A stretch of DNA of 64,000 nt, taken from assembly GCA_030390025.1 (NCBI GenBank), contig CM059432.1, forward strand, positions 66,156,001 through 66,220,000. Direction: 5' to 3'. Positions 49,220-62,942 of the stretch are shown one piece after another. The notes under the pieces were generated by a model. It did not search any database and had not been told where the DNA came from. It was given only the letters and a program-made list of their open reading frames with translations. This DNA comes from Squalus acanthias (taxonomy: Eukaryota). Position numbers and translations under genes: made by a program. Numbering within the stretch: position 1 is the stretch's first letter; each line of letters starts with the position of its first letter.

Positions 49220-50560
49220 CAATTGGGAAATAGCGACCACAATAGTTAGGTTCAATGTAAGAACAGAAAAGGACAATGAAGAGTCAAAGACAAGACTGCC
49301 AGACTGAAGAAAGACAAAGTTCAGTGAGATAAAAGGGGATCTGGCCCAAATTAACTAGGCAGAAAATTTGTAATAAGTAAAATATCTCACAAGAGGCTTG
49401 TTAGAAAAATCCAGGTATCTGGGATAAGGGCAAAAATTATTCCTTGGGTAGAAAATAGGTTGATGGTCAGAAACAAATAGTTAGAGTAAATGAGCATTGC
49501 TCAGACTGGAGAAGGGTTCGACAGGTTGTATTCCATGGATCAGTGCTGGGTCTACTTTTGTTCTCGGTATGTATAGGTAATTTGGATTTGGATATAGGGA
49601 ACACAATCTCCAAATTTGCTGTTGACACAAAAGTAGATTTGTCAAACAGTGAGGAGGACTGTAATATACTTCAGGAAAACATAGACAGGTTAATAAAATA
49701 TCAGTCAGGTGGCAGATACAACTTAATGTGGATAAGTGTGAAGTACAAGTAATGAGAGAATACATTCAATGGAAAGACACTGAAGGGTATGGATGAACAG
49801 AGATACTTAGGGGTTTGAATGCATAATTCCCTGAAAGTGCAAGTGCAGGTAGATAATGCTGTAAAAAAGACCAGTTGAATTTTAGGGTTTACAAATAAGG
49901 ACATCAAGTATAAAGGTAAAGAAGTAATAAAGAATTTATACACAACATTGGTTAGGCTCAGTTAAAGTAATTTGTGCAGATTTGGGCACTGCTTGAAAGA
50001 GTGCTGAAAGCAGATTCAATAGTAACTTTCAAAAGGAAATTGGATAAATACTTGAAGGGGAAAAAACTGCAGGGCTGTGGAGAAAGAGCCAGGGAATGGG
50101 ACTACTTGGATAGCTCTTTCACAGGCACTATAGGCCAAATGACCCTTTCTGTCCTGTATGAATCTACTATTCTATGATTATAGAATGAATATTAAAGCCA
50201 TGTAGATTGTACAAGATAGATTTACCAGGGTGATGGGAAACTATACTTATGAGGAGAGACTTGAGATACTGAGACTATTTCTATTGGAGCAGAGAAGACC
50301 AAGAGGAGGTTTAATGGCGATTTAAAAAATTATGAAGAGTTTTCATAGAGTGAATAGGGAAAAACGATATCCTCTGGTTGGGGAGTTGGTGATGAGTCAT
50401 CAATTAAAAATATTATCACTCAGAGAACGAGATGGAGAGTTGTTGGAGCACAGGATGCTTTGCCACAGGCAGTAATTTTAAGGGAAATTGGACAAATATT
50501 GAGGCAGAGAAAGATACAAGACTATGGGGAGCGAGTGCGACAGTGGGATCGCTTTTCACT
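49220..50560 (+). mobile_element. Old degraded CR1 fragments, with a second CR1 3' end nested at about 49990-50185
   Basis: GGATCAGTGCTGGG (QGSVLG), ISKFAVDTK, TATGAGGAGAGACT (YEERL), and a tail-like ATTCTATGATT at about 50169-50180. Confidence 0.65.
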
Positions 50561-51544
50561 CATTCAAAACTGCACCAGCACTTGTAGGTCAGTGTAAAAC
50601 GACCTATACATGTTTGAATTTAAGCACACTTAACCAGAGCTTTGCTCCTCCAACTTCACAGCACCGCAAGATGACAGTGAACATTTCACCTCCTGTAACA
50701 GCACAACAAAAATACAGTTGTACTGTACAAAAAGTGGCCTTAATGTACTCTTTATGCAGCCTGCCTATCTGTGAAATGTTTCCTTTATTTCTCTCACTCT
50801 CCATCGCGAGAGGACTGTTTGGATTCAGAGCTATTCCAGCATCCATAGTGAAGTAAAAGGCCTCAATTGCAATATTAGTAACTCTATCAGCAACAATACC
50901 AAATTTATGAAAATTGCTCCTTTATAAATGTGAGGAACATACTATGTGCACCATTTATTTTAGCCAGATGAACACTGGTGTTAAGATGTTGTGGCACCAT
51001 CACTGGCAGCAGGGTGTAATTACAGTGTGACAAGGTTAAGTAAGCAATTTCCATTATAAATGTGGATACATGAATTTATCATGAAAAAGGTTGCCAGGAA
51101 GTACACACAGTGTTTTTAATAGATTACTATTAATAGGTCTCCTGTGGCTTTGTACACAGGGAGTCATATAGTCTCCAGGTGAAGCGGGCTTAAGGGCGGT
51201 GAGTAATTGGACCAGGCTGTGCATATGTAATTCAGTCCGCATTTTAAAGTCATGCATTCTACCTTCATTTCTATGTATTATTTGATTTGATATTATATTC
51301 TACAATATATTCGAAATCTTACATCAGTGTTCACTTCCTGTCAACTTTTTCCATTATAAATTCCTATGTTCACATTTATAATGAAAATTGCCTATGTAAA
51401 CTTGGTACACTGTAATTACACTCTCCTGTGAAGTGCACACAGATGTAAGATATTTAATATACTACAGATAGATACTAAATCAAAGAAGGTGGTGAGAAGA
51501 AACTTTTAGCTGCCATGTTGTTTTATGGGTCTATTCAAGACTTT

Positions 51545-51837
51545 GGGGCTAATTTTGGTTTGCTGCAATAATTGGGCACATGCCACACCCATTGGTCCAC
51601 AAAAATTCCATTGGGGTACCTACAACAGGCGTAGGACCACAATTTAAATACTTAAATAAGGCTCCCACCTGTTTCAGATGGGATTTCTGGATGCCTATTT
51701 TGATGCCCACCCGAAGTTCACATGGGCGGGCCCCTCATATGATCTCCACGGGATACGCGTCTTGATGATTTTCGTGCTGTTACCGCCCCATTCTCAGCAT
51801 CCAGGAGAGTCCAAGACAGCTGACAAAAATCGGCCAC
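51545..51837. mobile_element. Harbinger-type MITE
   Basis: GGGGCTAATTTT ... AAAAATCGGCCAC with TTT on both flanks. Confidence 0.55.
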
Positions 51838-53479
51838 TTTATATAGAGAGATTAATTACTAACACTGGAGAAGACTGAACACACTAAAGGACCTTAAATG
51901 TTATTTTTTAACCACTATTTAACTTAGAATATGGAACAGAACTCTTATTAAATGTTAGGCTGAATAAAACACATCAAAATTGATCAATGTTGAATATAGA
52001 AAAAATTGAATTTAGAAAAATACTCACTTATGATTCAATAATATTGCTACCAAGACTGGAAGTGATATAAGCAAGTCTTTTGGTGCTCCTGGTATGTTCA
52101 ATGTCTAAATAACGTGCTCATCAATGAAGTTTTGTCATTTTTGGTCATTTATTTCACTGTTCTTAATTTTCTACAGTTCTATTTCTTCTTTCTATAAGAC
52201 CAATGCTGATTGCTTTTGTCCTTCAATTTCTTGCCAAATGGTCCCCACAATGATCACTCAAAGTTTCTCATACCTGCTTTTATAGTTTCTTGCTGAATAT
52301 TGTCCTCTTGTGCTCTGTGCTTTCTCATTAATGGTGACTCAGTGATTGCTTTCATTTTAGTTTCTTGCCAGCAATCTTGCTCCTGTCCTGGATTTATTTA
52401 CTTGAGATACAGGACTCCAAGTGAATGCTGATCTGCTAGACTGAGTCACGCAGTTTTTAAAACACAGTGCTACAGAACACCTGATATGTTTTGGTCAGAG
52501 TGTTGGTTCTCATGTTCAGTATACCGGTGTGGTCCAAATCCTGCGCCTATTCCATGACTAATAGCTGGTCTCTCCCATACACTCTCATTATTCAACACAC
52601 TGAAACTGAAACTTGTCAGTGGATTTGCTCAGTCTGCAAGCCCAAAGGCAAATTGAATCAGTGTTCATAACCAACCACAGTAGAGATGACAAGTAAGTGT
52701 GCCAGACATTGATTTAAAATAACGTTTACATATTCAAATGCTGGTTGCCATGTGTCACTGTCAGATAGAATGTAGTCTTTGTGCTGGACAAGCACACAAA
52801 CTCTAGTAGTGTTAGTGCTAAAAGTAATTATAAATTTCAATGGCTCTCAGTCTCTTTTATAGTCAGTTAATCTTTTCTTTTCCTTTCAGTTTTGAAATGG
52901 AGATATAGATTAGCTTCTCTCATCATAGTGCCCCAACATACAGGGTACTAGCCAAGCTTTCTGAAAATTGTTTGTTCCATTTTCAGTATGATACATTGGT
53001 ATCAATAATCCCAATAGAGGTTGCTTCAATACTGTCAGTAGCTACCTATCTAAAATAGGTTGGTTCCATCCAACCTCGCAACAGACCAAATGGTCAGGTT
53101 TTTTTAATTGTATATAAATGATCAATAAGATGTAAATTTTTCAAGGCTCAACTCCTAGTGCTAAACCTCACTCGACAGAAACGGGAACTGGAGAATCAGG
53201 CATAGAAGTCAGAATGCCCGACTTAACTACACTTCATGTCGGGAGTAGAGCCTCACAAAGTTCTGGTGGTTAAAATTAATGACCAGATAATTGGAATGCA
53301 CCAAATCAGACATGCTGCTCTCCGTACATGATTCTCCATCCCACGGCCATGTCAAGCTATGTTCCACAACGACAGCCCCGCTTTGCAAAATTCACCCTTA
53401 CAAATCCAACAATTTAAAAAACATGTATGGCCCTGAAGGTGGAAGAAACAGATGTATATTTTGAAAGCTTAACCCATGA

Positions 53480-54025
53480 GTACGGGGACAGTTTAGGGTG
53501 CCTTACTTTAGGAAGTATGTTAAGGCCATGGAGAGGGTGCAGAGGAGATTCCAAAACGATAACACCAGTACTCAAAGACTTTAGTTATAAAGAGAGATTC
53601 GATAAACAGGGGCTTTTTTCATTAGATCAAAGAAGTTAAAATTATATTTAATAGAGGTGCTCAAAATTATACAGGATTTTGCTAAAATAAATTGGGAAAA
53701 CTAGTGAGTCGGTAACTAGAGGTTGTAAATTTAAGATCATCATCAAAAGAATGAAAGGAGAGATTAGAAGAGCTCTTTTTTATTATATAGAGGGTTGTTA
53801 GGACATGCAATGCCCTACTCGGAAACATCGGTAGAAGCAGAATCCATAATAGCTTTTAAAAAGGATGTGGATAAATATTTGAAAAATAAAAATGTAAAAG
53901 GGTATAGCGAAAGGGCAGGTGAATGGTATTAAGTCTCTAATGAGACAAAGACATTAAGAGAGCCAGCATAGGCATGGTGGGCCAAAGAGCTTGCTCCTGT
54001 GCTGTAAAATTCTTCTGTTATGTTA
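53480..54025 (+). mobile_element. Old CR1 3' fragment
   Basis: FSYKERFDKQGLFSLDQR, GAGGGTTGTTAGG, and a CR1-type 3' UTR. Confidence 0.7.
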
Positions 54026-54092
54026 TGGGAGAACCCCAACTGCATTTAAATGGTTAGTGCCTCATCAAGAATCATTTAATTTGTACATATGT

Positions 54093-55045
54093 CACCCCAC
54101 TCTAGAGACTTGAGCATATAATCTAGGCTGACACTTTAGTGCATTACTGAGGGATTGCTGCACTGTCGGAAGTGTCGTCTTTCAAATGAAACATTAAACT
54201 GAGGCTCTCTCAGGTGGACATAAAAGACCCCATGGCACTATTCAAAGAGCAGGGGAGTTCTCCCAGTGTCTTGTGTAATGTTTATCCCTCAAACAATATC
54301 ACTAAAACAGATTGGGTTCAAAACTCATCTCGGACCGTTTTCAGGCCTAGACTCACCTGTGCCCGAAGCAGGAGGCCCGAGGATCAATAGAAATTGCTCC
54401 TTGGGTCTCTTCTTCATAGTCGGGGCGAGCTGCCAGCAGTGGTCACATCCCTAAGGCAGATCGCCCTGCAGGAGAATCCAATTTAGGGCTGCCTGCCTCA
54501 CTGACAGTGGCCCTCAGGTAAGTCCCGGAAGGGAGGGTTGGAGCGGGCAAGGAGAGGAGTGGGGCATTGGAGTCGTGATACCTGTGTGGTCGGGGGAGCA
54601 CTCTTGCTCCTCCTGGCTCTATGGAAGGGTTTTTTTTTAGATTTTTTTTCCATTTTTAGTTTTAGCTGGCGGCCGCAAGGGCCACTGAACAATTCTGAGC
54701 GGAGTTAGACCAGACCCATGCCCTGCTCATCAGGAATTAATTTCTACAAGGGGTTCTCAACATGCGTTAGGCCACTCATTAAGATATTCAAGGGGCCTAA
54801 TGGTTGTTTTGGGCATCCGCGCAGGACCCCTAAAAATGGGCTTCACAAATTTAGCAGTGGGACCAATACCTACACAGATTGGGCGCAGGCCATCCCACTG
54901 CTAAATTCATATGTTCTGCGATCTTTTTATGCCAAAAGAAACAGGTGCAACACATACCAATTTCTACCCTGTTATCTGATCATTAATCTCATTGCTGCTT
55001 GTGGAACCCTTCTGTGTGCAAATTGGCTGTTGTGTTTCCCTCTAG
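54093..55045 (+). mobile_element. SINE body (Deu-domain-like) interrupted by a GC-rich MITE at about 54313-54970
   Basis: 54093-54312 is homologous to 18810-19030. The body resumes at about 54972 (ATTGCTGCTTGTGGAACC..GCAAATTGGCTG). The insert ends in AATTTCTACCC. Confidence 0.7.
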
Positions 55046-56079
55046 TAAACAGCATAATTTAACAGGGATCACAAATTATTCCTCTGGGTGACTTAATTAC
55101 AATTACTTTCTAGAGGAAACTATTGGTTCAACTTGTGATTCAACTGTCCCAGATACTGTAAATGGGCAAAAGTACTGATACTTCTTATAACTACACAGTT
55201 TACATTTAAGTATTATTTTAAAAAATGGCCCTGCATTACCTTTGGCTTGGTGCACAGGGGACGAGTAAAATGGGCGGAAAAGGCCTAGTGGGGGTCGAAA
55301 TCAGGCGGGTCCCAGTAACACCAGGTTTCCGCCCCAAAGAAACAAGCTTGCAAAGTCTTATTGGCGCTTGGGGCAGGTGTAAATTCTATCCATCAATAGA
55401 ATGCCCATGACATCACAGGGGGCAGGACTAGCAAGTCATCTTCCGCTGCCAGAATTCCCAGGGCTCGTGCCTCATTTGCATTCAGCAAACCGGATGCCAG
55501 GAAGAAACTGGCATCTGTATCAATGCAAGGCAGAAGTGGGTTCCATTGTGGTCTCCGGGCTGGGGTCCTGCCATCCCCTTGTATCTGTCTAGCACCAAAC
55601 CTTCTTCCTCACCTCCAGCAGGTGCCCAAATTGTGCCCATAATGGTGTGGGCGCCAACCAGAGTTATGTAAATTGTCTGACCTTACCTTGACCTCAGATA
55701 CTCTAGTGGGGACAAGAGCCAAGGTCAGTGGACAGCGAGATTCCTGGCTCACCGCACTTATAGCAGTGAACCGGGTCTGAGGATTTTCAGCTGTATTGTA
55801 TTTATTTCTTTATCTGTATTACACCTTATTTTTAAAATGATTTTTATCTTCCCATTTAATCTTCATCTGATTGTTTCACGTTTAATTTCATTAGACTTAA
55901 TGTTAGCCAAAACATTTTTTTATAACGTTTCTGCAAATTCTGCATTACAGGATCAGTTTGCAAAAACTGAAATATGGGTGCGAGGAAATAATGATGTACA
56001 TTACAAGAGTGAGATAAGCGCTGTCTTTGTATGAAGCTCTGTGCTCGGAGTACTAATTTGTAAAATTTACCCCAATGTA

Positions 56080-57440
56080 CATGAATGATTTGGACATGGA
56101 TACACAGGGACTAACATCAACATTTGCGGCAATATCAAATTGGGGGCATGGAAACAAGAATTACACAGAATTAAATAGAAATTACAGCACAGAAGCAGAC
56201 CATTAGGTCTAACTGGTCTACGGCCGTGTTTATCCTCTACATGAGCCTCCTCCCACCCTACTTCATATATCCTTCTGTTCCTTTCTCCCTCATGTACTTA
56301 TCTGGCATCTATGTTATTCACCTCAACCACTCCATGTGGTAGCAAGTTCCACATTCTAACCACTCTCTGGGTAAAGAAGTTTCTCCTCAATTACTTATTG
56401 GATTTATTAGTGACTATCTTATATTTATGACCCCTTGTTTTGAACTTCCCCACAAGTGAAAACTGTAAGGAAGAATGCAGTAAGACCTAAATATGTTCAG
56501 GGTCTCAGCAAATTTTTGCAAATTCCATATCGATGCGGAGATATGTGAAGCATCATACTTTGGGGAAAAAAACGAGAAGGATAATTTTGTTCCTGGCGGG
56601 GAATCGGAGCGTGGGCGAATTTCCAATGTGCGTTCCTGATGGGCAAGGCATGTAGCGAGAAGTGTGAAGTTAGAAAATTATCCCAATAATCTAAGTTGTA
56701 AAATTCTTCATGCAGTGAAGGAATAGAGAGAGAGGAACAGAGGTACAAGGAGTACAGATTTTTGAAAGCAAAATTGCAGGTGGAAGAAGCCACAAAAAGG
56801 ACAAACGAGATTCTGGATTTTATATATAGTGGCATTGAATATAAAAGCAAAGAAGTGATGGTGAATCTAAAAAAGACATTGGCTAGGCCTCAGCCACCGT
56901 ACTGTGTTCGGTTTTAGGCACCGCATTATGGAAAGAATATTGGAACCATGGTAAGGATACAACATTGATTCATTAGGTTATAGAGATAAGTAGATATAGT
57001 TATGATGAGAAGTTTGAAAAAAAGGACTGTATTCACCATAGCAGAGAAGGTTAAAGGGACTTAATGGAAGTACTCAAAGTTTTGAAAGTGTCTGACAGAA
57101 TAAATAGTGAAAGATTATTTCCACTAGTTTGGTGAATCGGTAACAAGGAAGTATAAATTTATGATTAATATTAAAAGAACAAAGGAGGGGTTTAGATTTT
57201 TTTTCATAAAAATGGCTATTAGAATATGAATACATTAACACAAGTGACGATTAAAGCTAAGTCAATCACTGCATGTAAGGGGGAATTAGATAACCGCTTG
57301 AAGACAAAAAATACTAAGAAAATCCGAGGGAAATACAGGGAAAGGACTGGGAATTGAATTAAAGTACACATCTCTAAAGCGGAGCTAGCACTAGCACAAG
57401 CATGGTGTGCTGAATGGCCTCATTCTGCACTGAAATGCTT
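56080..57440 (+). mobile_element. Old CR1 RT/3' fragment with an opposite-strand CR1 3' end nested at about 56160-56465
   Basis: ACATTTGCGG (FAD), GGCCTCAGC..TACTGTGTTCGGTTT and TATGATGAGAAG. The nested piece resembles 19092-20200. Confidence 0.65.
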
Positions 57441-57626
57441 TAATTAGTTGAAACTTCGATGGAAGTGCGGCAGAAACCCTGTTTACAGAGTTTCCAACGC
57501 GCTTCCAGCGAAGTAGTGCCAACAGCTCCAAGGAATTTCCCAGCCAATATTATTCTGTTATATCTTTGTCGATATATATAAATAAATACATAAATACTAT
57601 TTAAAATAGAAGCTTAACTAAATACT

Positions 57627-58023
57627 GGGGTTAATTTGAACTCCCAGAAAGTTTCGGGTGAGTGGGGGTGTGATCACGGGGCTGAGCGGAGTGAGGGTGG
57701 GGCGCAGTGAGTGCATAAACAAACTCGCTGGCCCAGATTTCTGGCCTAGGATATTTTAACTCACGGGCCTCATCTGCAATGCTGCCAATCAGCTACCCGC
57801 CTGAAACAGGCGGAAAGTGGCAGCTGGCCGGTGGGAGAGAGTGGACGTTGTGCAGCCAGATGCTGCTGGCCAGCAGCAAAGGAAGGCTCAAAGGCAAGCA
57901 GGCAAGTTACGGGGAGGGGTCTCGCCGGAGGGTGACCAGCCGGAACAGGGCAGTAAGGCTCAGCACTCCATTTTAAGGACCCCCCCACCCCGTTTCTGAC
58001 AAGCGGGGTGTGTTAAATCTCCC
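57627..58023. mobile_element. GC-rich MITE
   Basis: Ends GGGGTTAATTTGAAC / GTTAAATCTCCC in an AT-rich context. Confidence 0.55.
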
Positions 58024-58883
58024 ATTATTTTTATTTAAATTTAAAATTAAAATTAGATTAGAAACAAATTGTCTTTGTGCATTTCGGGTATCCATGACCT
58101 GCTTTGGCCTAAATCAACTGTTTTTTTTAAGTAATTTAATTCAGAAGGTTACTGTGAAAAATAGCGAGTGTTTGTCCTCTGCCTTAAGAGTAGGATGACC
58201 TCTGCTGGTTACTTGATTTTCATTTTATGCACAATTATTGCTTAGTCAGTAGTTTTCAAATCTTCAAATGCTAAAGAGCATAAATAAACAAAACATAATC
58301 TTTTTATATTACAATTTTGATGGTTAATTAATTTCTTCTATTGCAATCCGAACATTGCACATAAAACACTCATGAAATTATACTGTATCTGTTCATTCAT
58401 TTATTCATTTCAACATTTAAGCAGGACAATGGAATGAGGCTACACATCTTATTTACCCAGGACCTTGGGGGAAATCAAAGTCTGGGAGGGTTTTCCCTGA
58501 GGGAAACTATACTTAGTTTGCGCCCTTGTCTTTGTAATCAGTGCTGCGTGATCTCCTTTATCAAGACAGCCAGATGGCATCTTGAAATAGAAACAGAAAA
58601 TATTGGAAATACAATGAAAGATTCATCACCATTTGAAAAGATAAAAGACAGGTTTTTTTTCGATACTGATAGACTTGCTGTAGTTTTCCAGTAATTTCTG
58701 TTTTTATTTAAGATTTCCAGCAGTCAGATTTTTTTAAATCTCAGGTGGGATCTTAGTTTAATACTACATCCAGTATAATACTTAAAACAAAGCAAACAAC
58801 TCTATATTGAGGTATTAGTGTTCTATATGAGTTTATTTCCCAGGGATGGCCCAGAAGCTACAGCGGTACCAAAAGAAACACTG

Positions 58884-59034
58884 GAGGTTAATTTCTGCGG
58901 GGTTCTGTTGCTTGGTTGCCGTAACTTTGGTGGAAGAGCTTGGAAAAATGGCATAAACGGCTGGGATTTACGCAGCTTTCTCCGCTGTAGTTACGGTGGA
59001 CGAGCGGAAGAATCCCTGCGGAAGTTCATCCCCA
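58884..59034. mobile_element. Fold-back MITE
   Basis: Paired CCGTAACT / AGTTACGG and TTCTGCGGGGTTCT / AGAATCCCTGCGGAA. Confidence 0.6.
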
Positions 59035-59707
59035 TTGCTCTTAGTGCAAAAGGATGACCACAAATTGACGAACAATCATTCCGACAAATTCAATACTTTA
59101 ATTCTACTGTTTATAATGATGCTTTTGATTCAATGCAGTCTTTTGTAATGTTAAACAAAAAACAATGGAGGGGTTGTAGCTGGGAATCTGAAACAGTGGA
59201 GGTACAGTCAATAAGCTATTACTGAGTTAAGCATACATTTTGTCAGTTAAGTACAGTCATAAATAATCCAGGCACAATTTTCCTGTTAGTATCAAACATT
59301 TCGATTATTTCAACTCTGGGATTTGGATTTGAATGCAGACCAAACTGTTGGGGTGAAAATCTTCCCTTTCTGCTGGCTGTTAGATTCCTACTAAAATGAA
59401 TGCCAGGGTCGGGATAGAAGCCCACAACAAAAAACTGAGCTTAATTTGGAACAAAGTTTCAACTTCACCCAGAGAGACCATGAGGATAGATACAGTACAA
59501 CACAGAAAATTCACAATGGTGCAGTACTGTTCGATGTGACAAAAGTGACCCAAGTGTGCTTGATGCTAATACTAGGTGGAAAAGTTGCCAAAAGTGTTCC
59601 ACCCTCCAGCACTGACATCCATCGCTATGAAGAACACAATGTTTACCCAAATATAAAAAATGCAGAATAATCATACTTATTCTTTTCTAAGATTTAAAGG
59701 AATTAAG

Positions 59708-59820
59708 GGGGGGTAAAAATTCAGCTTCAGTGGGGAAGTGGGGGGGGGACGGCAGTGGATCAGCTGCCCCTTATATACCCCACCTGATTTTCCTTTCGAT
59801 TGAAGTTGAATTTTACCCCC
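59708..59820. mobile_element. Short MITE
   Basis: GGGGGTAAAAATTCAGCTTC / GAAGTTGAATTTTACCCCC with AAG on both flanks. Confidence 0.65.
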
Positions 59821-60979
59821 AAGATGGTCATCAGAAGTTATATCTATAAGATGGGCCCCTCCTCATCCCAATGTCACTTTTAGGGGTGTAACAAGCAGGA
59901 TTTTGGACTCCTCGGAAGTTTTGTCAGTTATGCCTCTTGTCCGACCATTGTTAAGTAGGCATGGAGACCCAGATAGCAATTATAGTGCCCTAGCGGTGTC
60001 CCCACTCATCAACTAAATCGTAACAGACTAAAAGAATCAAACTTGGGACCTCCCTGATCTATATATCTCAGAACCACATTAGGTGGTGCATTTATTCACA
60101 GAGCCATTGGTGAAGATTTCAGCCACTATTAATTAATTAACTGTTGAGGGTAACTGCACAATCAGCTGAAGTTTTGAAATACATTTATGCTTTCTTAAAA
60201 TAGTCAGTCACAACTGGCATGATTAATCAATCCACAAATTAAACATGATGTCCCCAAAATCTGCGATTGGGCACATGTTGACGTATATGCTGAGATGTGC
60301 CTGCTGGGAACCTTCACCAATGACCCCAGTGGACTATCCGAGGTCACAGAGAGGTTTCCTGATTTGCACGCCAATGGCAGGGGGCCTGTGCCACTACGGA
60401 CACATCAAGGACAAAGGTGCCCATACAGTGGAAGTGCTGGGTTCCCCACTCCAGAAACTACTTTATGATGGCCCCAGCTACCCACCATAAAGTTGCTTAA
60501 AAATTAATATTAAAAAAAATTGGATCTTCTTGAGGGATGGGAGGGGGGTGGGGATCCAGGCCAGAACAGAAGCCTGGACCTCCAGATGGCCTCCATTTCC
60601 ACTCCAGTCACCAAGGTATGCCTGTCTGACCAGATGCCTAGTCCCACTGAAGGCCAAGACCGTGGGAACTCTAACATTTGGCTTTCCCACCTCTCGTCTC
60701 TCCCCCTTGTAATAATATCCATGTTTGGGGCAAGCTGAAACTCTGTCCGTAACAGGCCATCAAGTAAGCTGAGCCCGGCCTAGTTTCCAGCTGTTCTGGT
60801 AGAAGCTCACTATAGTTATGGCAGGAGTAAGCCAGAATGGCTGTAGATATTCAAGGTCGATACCATTTTGATTGTTCTAAAATCATAACTCTCAATGTGA
60901 AATAAGACGGTGTTATATTTTGTGTCACAAGAATCCACTATTTTAATGAGTACTGAAATAAAATGTAATTTTTTAATCA

Positions 60980-61350
60980 CTATTTTTTCCTCTTCCTTCC
61001 CCTTTTGAAGGTGCTAATTCTTGCTGTGATATGGTTCCATAAGTGCCAGTAAGCCTCTGGAACTTGTCCAAGTGCCCATTTTTTATGCGTGGGACTAGAA
61101 AGTGACATTTCTTAGGGTTATTCAAATATTGAGGGCATCACATACAACTCTAATGCTGTACTCACACAATGTCCACATACATATACCTTCCAGCTGGAGC
61201 CAATGGACCAGGAGTGGGGAACTTTGCTGATATATCCCCCTCCCCAGCTCAGAGGTGCTGAGGTTTATTGTAACTTAACACAAAAATGGGAACCTAGTTT
61301 GCAATTTTCTGGTCGATATGGACTTGATCCTATATAGATGGTGCCTTTTA
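60980..61350 (-). mobile_element. Old SINE remnant, same family as 8820-9125
   Basis: Shared blocks CCAAGTGCCCATT, GGTTATT..GGGCATCAC and CACATA..CTTCC. Confidence 0.45.
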
Positions 61351-61599
61351 CCGAGTTAATGGGCAGCTATTGAGCTAAATTCCAAGATTTCATCTCTGAG
61401 AAGTCAGTAGAGTGAGAAAATAGGCAACAAAGTGAGTAGAGGGAGTTTGGTGCTGAGATAGAATGGACCTGAATCTGCAAGACCTGCAGGTAAGAGAGAA
61501 TTACTACCAATTAATTAACTATATAGCAGTTAGGATTTTAGAAAGGAGGACTGAAGACAAATTCCAGTTATAGTAAATGATCCATAGCACATATGGAAG

Positions 61600-61975
61600 T
61601 TAGTGAAAAATGTGTTTGGCAGAAAATGGAAGAATTAAATATCCATAAAGCTCCTGGGCCAGATGAGTAAATTCTAGATCCCCAAGGAATTAAAGAAGGA
61701 AATTAGTGATGCTTTGGTTGATATTTTTCAGAGCTCCAAAATACTGGAGAAATATCCAAGTTCTGGAAGATGGCAAGCGTTGCAAAAATTCAAAACAATT
61801 CAAAAATGAAGTGAGGCATGAACCTAGTAATTACAGGCCAGTTAGCCTAACACCCACGGTGAAAAAATGTTTGAGAGCATTCTATGAGATATTATCAATG
61901 AAGATTAAAAGAGCACAAATATATAGAGCTGTCACTGTGGTTTTAGGAGTATTAGATGATGCCTTCTGGAATTCT
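61600..61975 (+). mobile_element. Old CR1 fragment
   Basis: AAAGCTCCTGGGCCAGAT (KAPGPD) and PSNYRPVSLT. Confidence 0.65.
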
Positions 61976-61989
61976 CTGAGCAGATAACT

Positions 61990-62940
61990 CAGAGACCTCG
62001 CCCCTCCCTATCGCTGTAACCTCTTCCAGCCATACAACCAATGTTCCCACAAAGCTGCACACGTGCATGGCAGCACAGTAATCTGAAAGATCCCACGCAG
62101 GCTGGTCACAAGCTTTTACACAGGAAATACCACACATGCGTAGACATTTAAAGGGACCGCGCATTGAAAGAAACAGGCTGCGCAGAACAAAAGCGCAGCT
62201 TATAGGGAACAGACAATGTTCCCACTAAGCTGTGTGCACGCGTGGCCATGCAGTCATCTGCAAGGTCCTGCGCAGGCTGCTCACCGGCTTTTACATTGAA
62301 GATACCGCGCATGCGCAAAATTTGGAATGGGCCGTGCATTGGGGGAGCCAGGCCACGCAGGAAGCAGTGCAGCTTACGGGGGACAATGCCTACAACCCTC
62401 CAAAAACTCTGTGTTCCTCAAACTCTGGCCTCTTGTGCATCTCCCACCTCCTTCGCCCCACCATTGGTGGCCGTGCTGTCTAGGCCCTAAGGTATGGAAT
62501 TGCCTCCCCAAACCTCTTCGCCTCTCCACCTCTCTGGACAACTTAGGAGAGGTGTTGGAAGAGGAAGATGTGGTCAACCATGGCAAAGGCTGCAAAAGGA
62601 TCGAGAATGATGAGGAGAGATAGTGCACCACAGTCACAGTCACATAGGATGTCAATTGTGACTTCGCTAAGGGCCATTTCAGTGTTGTGGGAGGGGCAGA
62701 AACCTGATTGAAGTGTTTTAAACATGGAGTTCCAGGAAAGATAGGCACAGATTTGGGAGGTGACAGCTCGTTCAAGGACTTTGGAGAGGAAAAGAAGGTT
62801 GGAGATGGAGCGGTAGTTTGTAAGGACAGAGGGATCAAGAGTCGGTTTTTTGAGGAGGGGATGATGATGACTGATTTGAAAAAGAAAGGGACAGTACCAG
62901 AAGAGAGAACGTGACAGGGTCGTGATTGGCAGAAACTGAA
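61990..62940. mobile_element. L2 fragments (plus about 61990-62535, minus about 62540-62940)
   Basis: The plus part matches the L2 3' region (IGGRA). The minus part encodes LQSGFCPSHNTEMAL..LDPFAAFAMVDH. Confidence 0.75.
62039..62388. mobile_element. hAT-type MITE tandem dimer (2 x 175 bp)
   Basis: Both units begin CAATGTTCCCAC and end GGGAACAGA / GGGGACAATG. An 8-bp TSD CATACAAC / CCTACAAC flanks the pair. Confidence 0.85.
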
Positions 62941-62942
62941 AA

